Below, piece after piece: positions 36,502 to 46,197 of a DNA stretch of 64,000 nucleotides. Origin of the DNA: an uncultured Alphaproteobacteria bacterium (lineage in GTDB: Bacteria > Pseudomonadota > Alphaproteobacteria > Rhodobacterales > Rhodobacteraceae); contig CACFNV010000004.1 of the NCBI GenBank assembly GCA_902567635.1, positions 1,483 through 65,482 of the forward strand, given 5' to 3'. Each line of letters starts with the position of its first letter. Position 1 is the first letter of the stretch. Both the position numbers and the translations under genes were made by a program. The notes beneath the pieces are model-generated. The model was not told the DNA's origin. It saw nothing but the letters and a program-made list of their open reading frames with translations, and did no database searches.

Positions 36502-38956
36502 TTTCTGGGACTAACACGTCACGCTTTCCAACGTGATTAGCAGGTGAGACAAAACCTTTTTCTTCCAACGTCTCAACAATTTTTGCCGCTCGATTGTAAC
36601 CTATTGATAATTTTCTTTGTATATAAGATGTGGAACATTTTCGATCTTTTCTTATTATTTCTATAGCGTCCTCTAGGAGATTTTCTTCAGGGTCTTCACT
36701 GAATTTGCTAAGCCCCTGTATAATATGGTTATCCTGAGGAAGGTTAGATGGATCTAGGATCTCATTTCTATATCTTGGAGCTCCTTTTGATTTCAAAAAA
36801 CTGACTACTTCTTCAACCTCTTCGTCGGAAACGAAGGGGCCATGAACTCTGGTCACTTTCCCTCCATTGGCCATGTAAAGCATATCTCCCATTCCCAGAA
36901 GCTGTTCCGCACCCATTTCACCTAAAATTGTCCTACTATCTATTTTAGAGGTTACTTGAAAAGAAATTCTTGTTGGAAAGTTTGCTTTTATCGTTCCAGT
37001 TATAACATCAACGGACGGTCTTTGAGTTGCCATGATAAGGTGTATGCCTGCTGCTCTAGCCATTTGTGCTAGTCTTTGAATACAAGCTTCAATTTCTTTG
37101 CCAGCAACCATCATTAGGTCTGCCATTTCATCGACAATTATGACGATATAAGGTAAGGCTTCAGGTTCTTCAGTTTGCTCTTCATATATGGGCTCTCCAG
37201 AATTTGGATCAAACCCAGTTTGGACCGTTCTGGAAAATTTGATCTCGCTTTTTAGGGCCTCTTCCACTTTTAGGTTAAAATTTTCAATATTGCGAACACC
37301 CATCTTAGACATCTTTTTATACCTATCTTCCATTTCAATAACAGCCCATTTTAGAGCTACAACCGCCTTTTTGGGATCTGTAACCACTGGACTTAATAGA
37401 TGAGGTATTCCGTCATAAACAGATAGTTCTAGCATTTTTGGGTCTATCATTATAAGTCTGCATTTTTCAGGATCTAATCTATACAATAAGGAAAGGATCA
37501 TTGTATTTATTCCTACAGATTTCCCTGAACCGGTAGTTCCTGCAATCAGTAGATGTGGCATTTTTGCCAGATTGGCCACTATTGGCTCACCCCCTATATC
37601 CTTGCCTAAGGCAAGAGGTAACTGAAACTTACAATCGCCATAACACTTGGAAGATAATAATTCCTTAAGATAAACTTTTTCTCGGTTCGAATTTGGTAAT
37701 TCTATCCCTATAACTGATCGACCTGGTATGGTAGAAACTCGAGTAGATAAAGCTGACATAGATCTGGCTATATCGTCAGATAAAGAAATTACCCGACTAG
37801 CTTTTAGACCGGCCGCAGGCTCAAGTTCATACAATGTAACAACGGGACCAGGTTTTACAGATATAATCTCACCCTTAACCCCGTAATCCTCTAAAACTGC
37901 TTCCAACATTCTAGCATTTTCATTCAAAGCATCTGAGCTTAATGCGGAAAAAGTCACATCCTTTATATTTTTTAACAAAGATAGCGCTGGAAATGTGTAA
38001 AGTTCTTTTTGATGATCAAGATCAAGTTTAGGCTGGGCTTCTAGCTCTGCTTGACTACTTTTTCTTATCTTTACATCTCGCGTCTTTATTCTGCTATTTT
38101 TGAAAATATTCAATCTTTTAATTATGGGCTTTTCAGCACCCAATTTCTCATCAGTTTTCAGTATACTATCTCTCTCATCATTTGTTTCGAAAGAGCTTAA
38201 GTTTTGTTCAATATCTTTATTGTAAAAAGAATTACTTTGATATTTTGTCTTGGAATCCAAATCTACTTTTTCTTTCCCAAGTAAAAAAATAAGTTTAAAA
38301 GACTGTTTTGTCATTTGAACAAAAACCGTTAAAAACCTTTTAGCATTTAAAATATTTTCCTTTGACAAACTCAATATTTCTCTGAAAGTAAAACCAAAAA
38401 TTAAGATAGTAAGAAAGATAGACGTTAGGAGAGAAAAAACCGAAATTATCTGAAGCCACAAATTAATTTCAATAGGCTGTAAGATTAAAATTTTTTTCAA
38501 AGCCGTGTCGCCAAAAACTCCTCCTAAACCGTATTCAAAAGGCCAATTATAAATTGGTTTGTTTGTAGAAAAGAAAATTGAGGTTGATGCCAAACAGAAG
38601 GGTACAAATACCAGTCTGTTAACAAATATTTGAGAATTTGATCCAAATAATAATCTTACTGACCAAAAAAGAAAAAAAAGAGGAAACAAAAACATAGACA
38701 ACCCAATTGCTATGTGAAGTGAGTCAGCAAAATATGAGCCAAAAATACCAAAAAAATTCTCTAACTCTCTGTCTGTGGCGTTTCTAAGGCTAGGGTCATC
38801 CTTTGAATATGATATTAATGATGCAAATGAAAATACAAAAAAGAAACAGAAAACAAGCCCAAGAAGTTTGAAGAGAGTTGCTCTTAAAAAACTTCTTTGT
38901 TCCCTCGATTGGGGAGAATTCGTATAATCAATCTTTTCTAAAAAAGACATTTTCAC
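36491..38956 (-). CDS. ftsK: DNA translocase FtsK
   Basis: N-terminal TM helices are present. The motor domain carries Walker A GTTGSGKSVGINTM and Walker B IVIIVDEMADLM. The C-terminal gamma domain is a winged helix (STSYIQRKLSIGYNRAAKIVE). Confidence 0.95.
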   Translation of the reverse strand: MKMSFLEKIDYTNSPQSREQRSFLRATLFKLLGLVFCFFFVFSFASLISYSKDDPSLRNATDRELENFFGIFGSYFADSLHIAIGLSMFLFPLFFLFWSVRLLFGSNSQIFVNRLVFVPFCLASTSIFFSTNKPIYNWPFEYGLGGVFGDTALKKILILQPIEINLWLQIISVFSLLTSIFLTILIFGFTFREILSLSKENILNAKRFLTVFVQMTKQSFKLIFLLGKEKVDLDSKTKYQSNSFYNKDIEQNLSSFETNDERDSILKTDEKLGAEKPIIKRLNIFKNSRIKTRDVKIRKSSQAELEAQPKLDLDHQKELYTFPALSLLKNIKDVTFSALSSDALNENARMLEAVLEDYGVKGEIISVKPGPVVTLYELEPAAGLKASRVISLSDDIARSMSALSTRVSTIPGRSVIGIELPNSNREKVYLKELLSSKCYGDCKFQLPLALGKDIGGEPIVANLAKMPHLLIAGTTGSGKSVGINTMILSLLYRLDPEKCRLIMIDPKMLELSVYDGIPHLLSPVVTDPKKAVVALKWAVIEMEDRYKKMSKMGVRNIENFNLKVEEALKSEIKFSRTVQTGFDPNSGEPIYEEQTEEPEALPYIVIIVDEMADLMMVAGKEIEACIQRLAQMARAAGIHLIMATQRPSVDVITGTIKANFPTRISFQVTSKIDSRTILGEMGAEQLLGMGDMLYMANGGKVTRVHGPFVSDEEVEEVVSFLKSKGAPRYRNEILDPSNLPQDNHIIQGLSKFSEDPEENLLEDAIEIIRKDRKCSTSYIQRKLSIGYNRAAKIVETLEEKGFVSPANHVGKRDVLVPENDI

Positions 38957-39038
38957 TGCTCTGTTTTATCAAACTTGTATTTGCTTGAATTGACTAATAT
39001 TACGAGTTTTTATTCGCAAGGTAAAGGCTAGAGTTATT

Positions 39039-40379
39039 TTAACTTTTGGAAATTAGATTTTCCACGGCTAGACCAATGCGCATTAATTTATCTTCTTCGT
39101 TTGGATGACAAAAAAGCATAAACCCTGAGAAGTTAGTTTTTAAAGGAACAGTTAAAGAGCACAGGTTCAGAGAGTTAGCCATCCTGGTATTTCTTAAAGC
39201 CAGAATATTTTGCTCTGTAAAGAAATTGAAGTCTTCAATTAGCCTTCTAGTCTTTGGAGGTTTTATTGGAGAACTTGGAGCTATTATTGCGTCATACTCA
39301 AAAGTTTTCTTTAGAAAAGCTTCTCTTGTTTTTTTTAGCTCTTTCATTTTTTCTATATAATCAGAAGCTTTTATGTCTTTTCCTCCCCTGAAACGGCTTA
39401 AAATTGGGGGAAACATTTTTTCAGGGGCCTGCTCAATCAATTTCCCCCAAGTTGCGTACGCTTCTGCAGGAAAAACTGTTCCACTGATTTCCAGTGCTTT
39501 GTCGATCTCTTCTAAATTTTTAAATTCGATGGCGACACCAAGATTTTTTAAAGCTTCAATTTGGCTATCAAAAGATATTTTTAGATCTTGGTCGAATTTT
39601 TCGAAAAAAACATTTTTAATTACCAAGAACCTAAGTTGTCTCAAATTTAAAGGTGTCAAGAGGTTAAACTTTTTGTTTCTGAGAGCAGAAAACAAAGCGC
39701 TTGCATCTTGTACCGACTTACACAATGGACCTATGGTATCAAAGCTTGGGCACAGTTTTAAAACTCCCTTTAAGTTTATTGAGTGAAGCGTTGTCTTTAG
39801 TCCAACCAAATTATTCCACGCCGCGGGAATTCTAACAGAGCCACCTGTATCGGAACCTATAGATGCAACACTTAATTGATTAGAAACTGACACCGCTGAC
39901 CCAGATGATGAGCCTCCTGGCACCAGTTTGGGGTCTAACGAGTTTGCAGGGGTTTTTGTTTGTGGATTAAGTCCCAAGCCAGAAAATGCTAGCTCCGTCA
40001 TATGAGTTTTCCCTAGCGGAATTAAACCATTTGAAATTAAATTTTTGACAAATACCGCATCAGATTTAGCTTTTTTGCTTTCTATCATTAATGACCCACC
40101 TTTGGTTAATTCATTTCTAATATCGGCAAGATCTTTTATACTGATGGGAACTCCATCGATGATACTTTTTCGAATACCCGCATTGGCTCTAACTTTTGAC
40201 TCTTTCGCCAGTTCAAGGGATCTTTCTCGTAAAATAGTAGTAAAAATTGATTTTGACTCTGGAAATTGTTCTATTTTTTGTAGGAAGAATTCTGTCAGCT
40301 CAATTGGACAAATTTTCCCGATTTCGATAAATTGTCCAATTTCAACAGCCGTTTTTTTCTCTAATAAATCCATTTGCAT
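39039..40379 (-). CDS. Amidase-signature family amidase (GatA-like)
   Basis: The amidase signature is GGSSSGSAVSV...GSDTGGSVRIPAA, and the catalytic Lys lies in ISIKD. Confidence 0.85.
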   Translation of the reverse strand: MQMDLLEKKTAVEIGQFIEIGKICPIELTEFFLQKIEQFPESKSIFTTILRERSLELAKESKVRANAGIRKSIIDGVPISIKDLADIRNELTKGGSLMIESKKAKSDAVFVKNLISNGLIPLGKTHMTELAFSGLGLNPQTKTPANSLDPKLVPGGSSSGSAVSVSNQLSVASIGSDTGGSVRIPAAWNNLVGLKTTLHSINLKGVLKLCPSFDTIGPLCKSVQDASALFSALRNKKFNLLTPLNLRQLRFLVIKNVFFEKFDQDLKISFDSQIEALKNLGVAIEFKNLEEIDKALEISGTVFPAEAYATWGKLIEQAPEKMFPPILSRFRGGKDIKASDYIEKMKELKKTREAFLKKTFEYDAIIAPSSPIKPPKTRRLIEDFNFFTEQNILALRNTRMANSLNLCSLTVPLKTNFSGFMLFCHPNEEDKLMRIGLAVENLISKS

Positions 40380-40498
40380 ACAATATCATATTTTTGAATT
40401 CGCTTAATTTGCAAATGTTTTGTTAAAATATTAATCTTTTATTAATAAAATAAGCATATAAGTGAATTTTGAGAAAAATATTCTAAGTAGACTTAAAA

Positions 40499-41722
40499 GT
40501 GAATAAAACAAAAAGAACAGAGATACTGATCGCCGGAGCAGGAATAGTTGGAAGTTTAATGGCTATAGCCTTAGGGGAGAACGGATTTGAAGTAGTTTTG
40601 GTTGATCCAAGTTTTGAAACATCCGGTCAAACTAAGAGGATATGTCGTTCATATGCTATTTCTAGAACGTCGAAAAGACTTTTAAAAAAATTGGATGTTT
40701 GGGGCAACTTAAATGAAAGATTTGAACCCATTAAAAAGATTATTTTATCTGAGTCTAACAACAAAACAATGGATTTAACGAAGTTGGCTGAGTTTGATTT
40801 GCAGGATGAAAGTGAAGAGCCTACTAGTTATATGGTAGAAGACTTTGAGATTAGGAGTGCTTTGAATCTTAAATTACTAGCATGTAAAAATGTAGAAATA
40901 TTAACTCACTGTAAAGTTTTAAGCGAAGAAATCGAAAAAGGGGGATCAATAATAAATTTGGATAATGACAAAAAAATCTTTGCTTCACTCTTCGTAATTT
41001 GTGATGGACCAAAATCAAGCATAGCAAGAGCGATAAAGAAAAAATTTATAAGTAAAGATTATAATCAAGTAGCAATCGTTGCAAATGTGAGTCATATAAA
41101 TACTCACAAGGGGGAGGCACACCAAATATTCTTTAGTAGTGGGCCAATTGCTTCTTTACCGCTAAATGGCAATAGGTCAGCCATTGTTTGGAGTGAAGAG
41201 AAGGCAAAAGGTTTTCAAGTTAGCAAGTCAAAAAAAGAAAATTTTTTAAGAGAGCTTCAAGCAAAATTAAATAACGTTTTAATAGACATTACTTTGGACT
41301 CTGAAAAATATGTTTTTCCCTTATCACTTAGCATATTAAGAGATTTTGTTGATGAGAGAAGAGTTTTTATAGGTGACTCAGCACACACAATTCATCCTTT
41401 GGCTGGACAAGGACTAAATTTGGGCTTGAGAGATATTGCCTCACTTACAGAAATACTGGTAAATGGAAAAAAGATCGGTGAGGATATCGGGAGTATTGGG
41501 TTATTAAAAAGATATGAGCAGTGGCGATCATTTGATCGCTTTTTACTTTCTTCATATACGGATGGAATAAATACCTTATTTTCCAACGATAATAAAATTC
41601 TCAGAAAGGTAAGAAGGTTGGGTTTAAAAGCAATAAATTCATCAACAAATTTAAAGACAGCATTTATGAATGAAGCGGCCGGGGAATATGGGCATCTCCC
41701 AGACCTCTTAAAAGAAACGTAA
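40499..41722 (+). CDS. UbiH/UbiF/COQ6-family FAD-dependent ubiquinone-biosynthesis hydroxylase
   Basis: GTG start. The FAD fingerprint is ILIAGAGIVGS, with CDGPKS and GDSAHTIHPLAGQGLNLGLRD also present. Confidence 0.85.
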   Translation: MNKTKRTEILIAGAGIVGSLMAIALGENGFEVVLVDPSFETSGQTKRICRSYAISRTSKRLLKKLDVWGNLNERFEPIKKIILSESNNKTMDLTKLAEFDLQDESEEPTSYMVEDFEIRSALNLKLLACKNVEILTHCKVLSEEIEKGGSIINLDNDKKIFASLFVICDGPKSSIARAIKKKFISKDYNQVAIVANVSHINTHKGEAHQIFFSSGPIASLPLNGNRSAIVWSEEKAKGFQVSKSKKENFLRELQAKLNNVLIDITLDSEKYVFPLSLSILRDFVDERRVFIGDSAHTIHPLAGQGLNLGLRDIASLTEILVNGKKIGEDIGSIGLLKRYEQWRSFDRFLLSSYTDGINTLFSNDNKILRKVRRLGLKAINSSTNLKTAFMNEAAGEYGHLPDLLKET

Positions 41723-41728
41723 CTTTTT

Positions 41729-42283
41729 CTATTTAGGGCTTCTTTTTGCCAATATTCTCTGGAGAGTACGTCTGTGCATATTCAGCCTTCTAGCAGTTTC
41801 TGAGACATTCCTATTACATAATTCATATACTCTTTGGATATGCTCCCACTTCACCCTATCAGCTGACATAGGGTTTTCCGGTGGCGGCGGTTTCAAATTT
41901 TTTCCATAGAGTAGTGCGTTCATAACATCATTAGCATCTGCAGGTTTTGCTAAATAATCAATTGCACCAATTTTCACTGCAGCCACCGCAGTAGAAATTG
42001 CGCCATAGCCAGTCAACACTACTATCTTAGAATCTGAATTTCGGCTTTTAATCTTTTCTATGGCGTCTAGCCCAGTTCCATCTTCAAGCCGCAAATCTAT
42101 TACAGCATAGTTAGGAACATTCAGTTCAATTATTCGATCTAACTCTTTGATTGAATTGGCTGGAAAAACCTTGAAACCTCTTTTCTCCATTGCTTTACTT
42201 AAACGTCTTAAAAAGGGTTCGTCATCGTCCAATATTAGAAGAGAGTTATCTCGTTCAATTTTTTGGTTCTCCTGGTCAAACAT
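41729..42283 (-). CDS. regA: Redox response regulator RegA/PrrA/ActR
   Basis: A receiver domain (LLILDDDEPF...DLRLEDG...KP) is followed by the near-invariant RegA helix-turn-helix NVSETARRLNMHRRTLQRILAKR. Confidence 0.9.
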   Translation of the reverse strand: MFDQENQKIERDNSLLILDDDEPFLRRLSKAMEKRGFKVFPANSIKELDRIIELNVPNYAVIDLRLEDGTGLDAIEKIKSRNSDSKIVVLTGYGAISTAVAAVKIGAIDYLAKPADANDVMNALLYGKNLKPPPPENPMSADRVKWEHIQRVYELCNRNVSETARRLNMHRRTLQRILAKRSPK

Positions 42284-42462
42284 TAAACATCCTAAAATTA
42301 TACAGTGGATAATATGATGTAAATTAAACTATCGTCAAATTTTACTTTAAACTTCTTGATTAAAGTTGAAATTTATTTCTAATTTAAATTTATAAATCAA
42401 TTAATTCTTTCACTGTTAGGCCTTTGTGCTAAATTTTTTCAAATTACAGAAATAACTATTTT

Positions 42463-43881
42463 ATGGTTACTGATTATAAAAGCTTTAAACATTCTATTTA
42501 TTCAAATGACAGTTGGATAAAGGTAAGGACACTAATAAATTTAAGATGGTTAGCCATTTTTGGTCAGCTAGCAACTATTCTTATTAGTTATTTTTATCTA
42601 AACATAATCTTTAATATTATTGCATGTGCTCTAATAATTTTATTTTCAGTTATTTTTAATCTTTTTTCTTTGTATTTTTACACCCCAGCCAAAAGATTAT
42701 CTGACTTTAATGCGTTTTTGCTACTATTATATGATCTTTTTCAAATTTCAATCTTGCTGTTCTTTTCTGGAGGAATGACCAATCCGTTCTCTATATTGAT
42801 TATTGTTCCAGTGATCGTATCAGCGACGTCCTTATCCATTATATTTTTGTTTGTTCTAGGGATAACTACTATAATTAGCATTGTTTTTTTAAGCTTTGCA
42901 TACCTTCCTATTTACACTTCCCTTGGACTTGAAATAGAGCTTCCTGCCATTCTTTTAATTGGTTTTTGTACATCACTTATTATAACAGTGACGTTTTTGG
43001 GAGGTTATGCCCGTAGAGTTGCAATTGACACACTAAATATGAACAAAGCCCTACAAGTTACTCAGGTAGCTTTGGAAAGAGAACGTAAATTAACAGCAAT
43101 AGCTGGTGTTGTAGCGGCCCTTGGGCATGAACTAGGTTCTCCATTAGCTACCATTAAACTTGCGTCGTCAGAATTACTAGAGGATTTAAAAGAAAAGAAT
43201 ATCATCTATTCTGATTTAAAGTTGATTTTTGACCAAGCAAACAGATGCAAAGACATTTTGGCTGATATGGGGTCCTTAGGGAAAGATGATCAATATGTTA
43301 AAGTTGTTGATTTTCTCGAATTGATATCAGAGGCAATTGAGCCATATAAAGTAAGTGGAAAAAATATCCTTTTTTCCATCAACGGTAATTATGTGAATGA
43401 TGATTTTGTAAAATTTAAATCTGAAAAGATACCAAGAGTGAGGAAAGAGCCCGAACTTATTCACGGCATAAGAAATATTATTCAAAATGGTATAAAATAC
43501 TCTAATTCTTGTGTTAGAGTCGATCTGTCGACAAGTATTGAATTTATCAATATTATTATTTGTGATGATGGACCTGGATATCCAGAAAACCTTTTAAAAA
43601 TGATAGGAGACCCGTTTCTCAATAATAAAGAAAATTCGTTGAGAGGTTTTAATGAAAAAAAAGATGATAAAGGTATGGGGCTGGGTTTATTTATATCAAA
43701 GATTCTTCTTGAAAGAACGGGCGCTGAAATAAAATTTACTAATGCGAGTTCAGGTTCAAAGCAAAAAGAATTATCTTTTGAAGGGGCACAGGTAGAGATT
43801 TCATGGAAAAGAACCAAGATTGAAGTATCACCGAAGAGTAAAGAGGGTTTAATTAAGAAAAACCCCAGAAATATTAATTGA
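42463..43881 (+). CDS. regB: Redox sensor histidine kinase RegB/PrrB/ActS
   Basis: Six N-terminal TM helices are followed by the H-box ALGHELGSPLATI and the ATPase boxes (IRNIIQNGIKYS, DDGPGYP, GMGLGLF). The gene is divergent from regA. Confidence 0.85.
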   Translation: MVTDYKSFKHSIYSNDSWIKVRTLINLRWLAIFGQLATILISYFYLNIIFNIIACALIILFSVIFNLFSLYFYTPAKRLSDFNAFLLLLYDLFQISILLFFSGGMTNPFSILIIVPVIVSATSLSIIFLFVLGITTIISIVFLSFAYLPIYTSLGLEIELPAILLIGFCTSLIITVTFLGGYARRVAIDTLNMNKALQVTQVALERERKLTAIAGVVAALGHELGSPLATIKLASSELLEDLKEKNIIYSDLKLIFDQANRCKDILADMGSLGKDDQYVKVVDFLELISEAIEPYKVSGKNILFSINGNYVNDDFVKFKSEKIPRVRKEPELIHGIRNIIQNGIKYSNSCVRVDLSTSIEFINIIICDDGPGYPENLLKMIGDPFLNNKENSLRGFNEKKDDKGMGLGLFISKILLERTGAEIKFTNASSGSKQKELSFEGAQVEISWKRTKIEVSPKSKEGLIKKNPRNIN

Positions 43882-43888
43882 AATTACA

Positions 43889-44389
43889 ATGGAACTAAAA
43901 AAAAGAACACTTTATGGAAATGCGTTAGGTACAAAAGAAATAATCGATTTAGCTGATATTTTTGCAAAAAATATCGATAAGGGTGATATAATTTTAATGG
44001 ACGGACCCCTCGGAATAGGAAAGACTTTTTTCTCTAGGGCAATTATTAATGCTAGATGCTTAATGGATAATTTTGAGATAGAAGAGGTTCCATCTCCTAC
44101 TTTTTCAATTATACAAGAATATGATCTAAGGTATTTCTCTATTCTTCATCTCGATCTAGTTAGATTAGAAAACGAGACAGATTTATTTGAGTTAGGAATA
44201 CCTGATATATTTGATGAAAATGTTATAATTCTTGAATGGCCTGATTTGATAAAAAAATTTTTACCCTCTAGGTTCTTATCAGTTTCTTTTTTTCAACATA
44301 ATAATACTAAAAATTCAAGGAATATCGAGTTGAAATTTTTTGGTGAAGGTTGGGAAAATATTTACAAACCACTTGTAAGAATGCTTTAA
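43889..44389 (+). CDS. tsaE: tRNA t6A biosynthesis ATPase TsaE (YjeE)
   Basis: The P-loop reads LMDGPLGIGKTFFSRAI, followed by SPTFSI and HLDLVRL. Confidence 0.85.
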   Translation: MELKKRTLYGNALGTKEIIDLADIFAKNIDKGDIILMDGPLGIGKTFFSRAIINARCLMDNFEIEEVPSPTFSIIQEYDLRYFSILHLDLVRLENETDLFELGIPDIFDENVIILEWPDLIKKFLPSRFLSVSFFQHNNTKNSRNIELKFFGEGWENIYKPLVRML

Positions 44390-44429
44390 ATAATAATTTT
44401 TTAAAATAGAGTACTATTAAGCTGAAAAA

Positions 44430-45845
44430 ATGAATTATGTTTTTTATGATTTGGAAACGTCTGGTAAGAATCCTTGCTGGGATCAAATATTGCAGGTGGG
44501 TGCAATCTTAGTCGATAAAAACTTCAATAATTTGGATATACTTGATATGAGATCCAAGTTGAAGCCAGGCCTTATCCCAAGTGCATACGCACTAAGGGTA
44601 AATCACTCTTCATTTAGTAGCGTTATAGAAAATAATAATTCTCATTATGAGATGGTTTGTAAAATAGAAAATAAATTTAAAGCTTGGTCCCCAGCAGTTT
44701 TTATTGGATATAACAATATAGCGTTTGACGAAGAATTTTTAAGAAACAGTTTTTTTAAAAGCCTAAGAGATCCCTATCTCACTAGTTTAAATAGGAATGG
44801 TAGGTCCGATCTGCTGGGTTTAATAAGAACGCTCGATTTGTTCTTTCCTGACAAAATTAAGATACCAAAAAATGAGAAAAATAGAAAAATTTTTAAACTT
44901 GACCAAGTTTCTCCATTTAATGAAATAGAGCATTTTGCACATGATGCATTAGGTGATGTTAAAGCAACTATAGAGATAGCAAAAAAGGTGGCAAAAAAAT
45001 CACCAGAGATATGGAAAGCTTGTCTGATTGGCTCTGAAAAATCAAAGGTATTAGAATTCTTGAATGAAAATCAGATTGTTTTTTTTTCAGAGACTTACTT
45101 TGGAAAAACATCTGGCTTTGGAGGGAGTTATCTAGCAAATCATCCAATTTACAAATACCCAATTATATTTGACTTAAGTTTTAACCCAGATGATTTCTTA
45201 GGTTTAAGTGTAAAAGATCTCAAAGAGACCTTTTTGTCAGGCCAGAAGTTTATACGAACAATAAGGCACAATAAAAACCCAATTTTATTAACAATGGCAC
45301 AGATTGAAAATAGTAGTTACTTTGAAAAGACTGATTTAAAGGAGTATAAAAAGAAATCAAAAATGTTAGATTCTTGCCCTAGTTTTAAGGAGAATATAAT
45401 AGAGTTTCTAATGGATTTAGCACAAGAAAAAGATTTGCAAGAAGAAAGTGAAGGCTCTCAAGCAGATATTACGGCGGAGGAAAGTCTTTACAAAGGAGGC
45501 TTTCCTTCAATAAATGACACAAATATTAAGCAGGATTTTTTTAAAGCTAATTGGCAGGAGAGATATCATTTGTGTAAAAAGTTTACTGACAAGCGATTTT
45601 CTTACTTTGGAATGAGATTAATTTATGAAGAGTTTCCAGAAGTGCTTCCCGAAAATACCAAAAAAGAGATTCATAATGCTATAAAACTTCAATTGTCGAG
45701 TATAAACACAGAGAAATGGAATACTTTAGATGATTTTAACAAAGAGATTGAAAATATTGAAAAGGAGGATACAAATAATAGTGAGTATAACGTTATCAAG
45801 GATTTAAAAAGCATATATTTATATTTAAACAAGTTATACACATGA
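44430..45845 (+). CDS. sbcB: Exodeoxyribonuclease I
   Basis: The DEDDh exonuclease motifs are FYDLETSG, GYNNIAFDEEFLRN and HDALGDVKATIEIAK. The C-terminal SH3-like/helical region resembles E. coli ExoI. Confidence 0.85.
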   Translation: MNYVFYDLETSGKNPCWDQILQVGAILVDKNFNNLDILDMRSKLKPGLIPSAYALRVNHSSFSSVIENNNSHYEMVCKIENKFKAWSPAVFIGYNNIAFDEEFLRNSFFKSLRDPYLTSLNRNGRSDLLGLIRTLDLFFPDKIKIPKNEKNRKIFKLDQVSPFNEIEHFAHDALGDVKATIEIAKKVAKKSPEIWKACLIGSEKSKVLEFLNENQIVFFSETYFGKTSGFGGSYLANHPIYKYPIIFDLSFNPDDFLGLSVKDLKETFLSGQKFIRTIRHNKNPILLTMAQIENSSYFEKTDLKEYKKKSKMLDSCPSFKENIIEFLMDLAQEKDLQEESEGSQADITAEESLYKGGFPSINDTNIKQDFFKANWQERYHLCKKFTDKRFSYFGMRLIYEEFPEVLPENTKKEIHNAIKLQLSSINTEKWNTLDDFNKEIENIEKEDTNNSEYNVIKDLKSIYLYLNKLYT

Positions 45846-45876
45846 TTTTAATGATTTAATTTTAGGAGAAAATTAG

Positions 45877-46197
45877 ATGGCAACTGTTAATGTAACAGAT
45901 GAAACATTCGAAGAATTGGTTGTAAATAGTAAAACACCTGTGGTTATTGATTTTTGGGCCGAATGGTGTGGTCCTTGCAAGCAGATTGGCCCTGCTTTGG
46001 AGGAATTATCGAGTGAATATGGTGATAGCATAAAAATTGCTAAAATAAATGTTGATGAAAACCCCAATAGTCCCAGTCGTTTAGGTGTTAGGGGAATACC
46101 AGCACTATTCATTTTCAAAAATGGAGAAATGGTATCCTCGAAAATTGGAGCGGCACCTAAAGAGGCTTTAAAAGAGTGGATAGACGAAAGCACCTAA
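45877..46197 (+). CDS. trxA: Thioredoxin
   Basis: The WCGPC active site is present in a 106-aa protein. An AGGAG ribosome-binding site lies upstream. Confidence 0.95.
   Translation: MATVNVTDETFEELVVNSKTPVVIDFWAEWCGPCKQIGPALEELSSEYGDSIKIAKINVDENPNSPSRLGVRGIPALFIFKNGEMVSSKIGAAPKEALKEWIDEST

Noticed and set aside
42304-42312. A near-consensus DnaA box (AGTGGATAA) in the AT-rich regA-regB divergent spacer, considered as a possible oriC
   Set aside because: It is a single 8/9 match with no neighbouring boxes, no recognisable DUE repeats and no CtrA-type TTAA-N7-TTAA sites that I could find. One such hit in 64 kb is expected by chance.
45873-46193. A 106-aa antisense ORF mirroring trxA (45877-46197) with identical length
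   Set aside because: It has the same frame relationship and the same explanation as above: trxA has a single Tyr and a single Gln. The sense strand is unambiguously thioredoxin (WCGPC).
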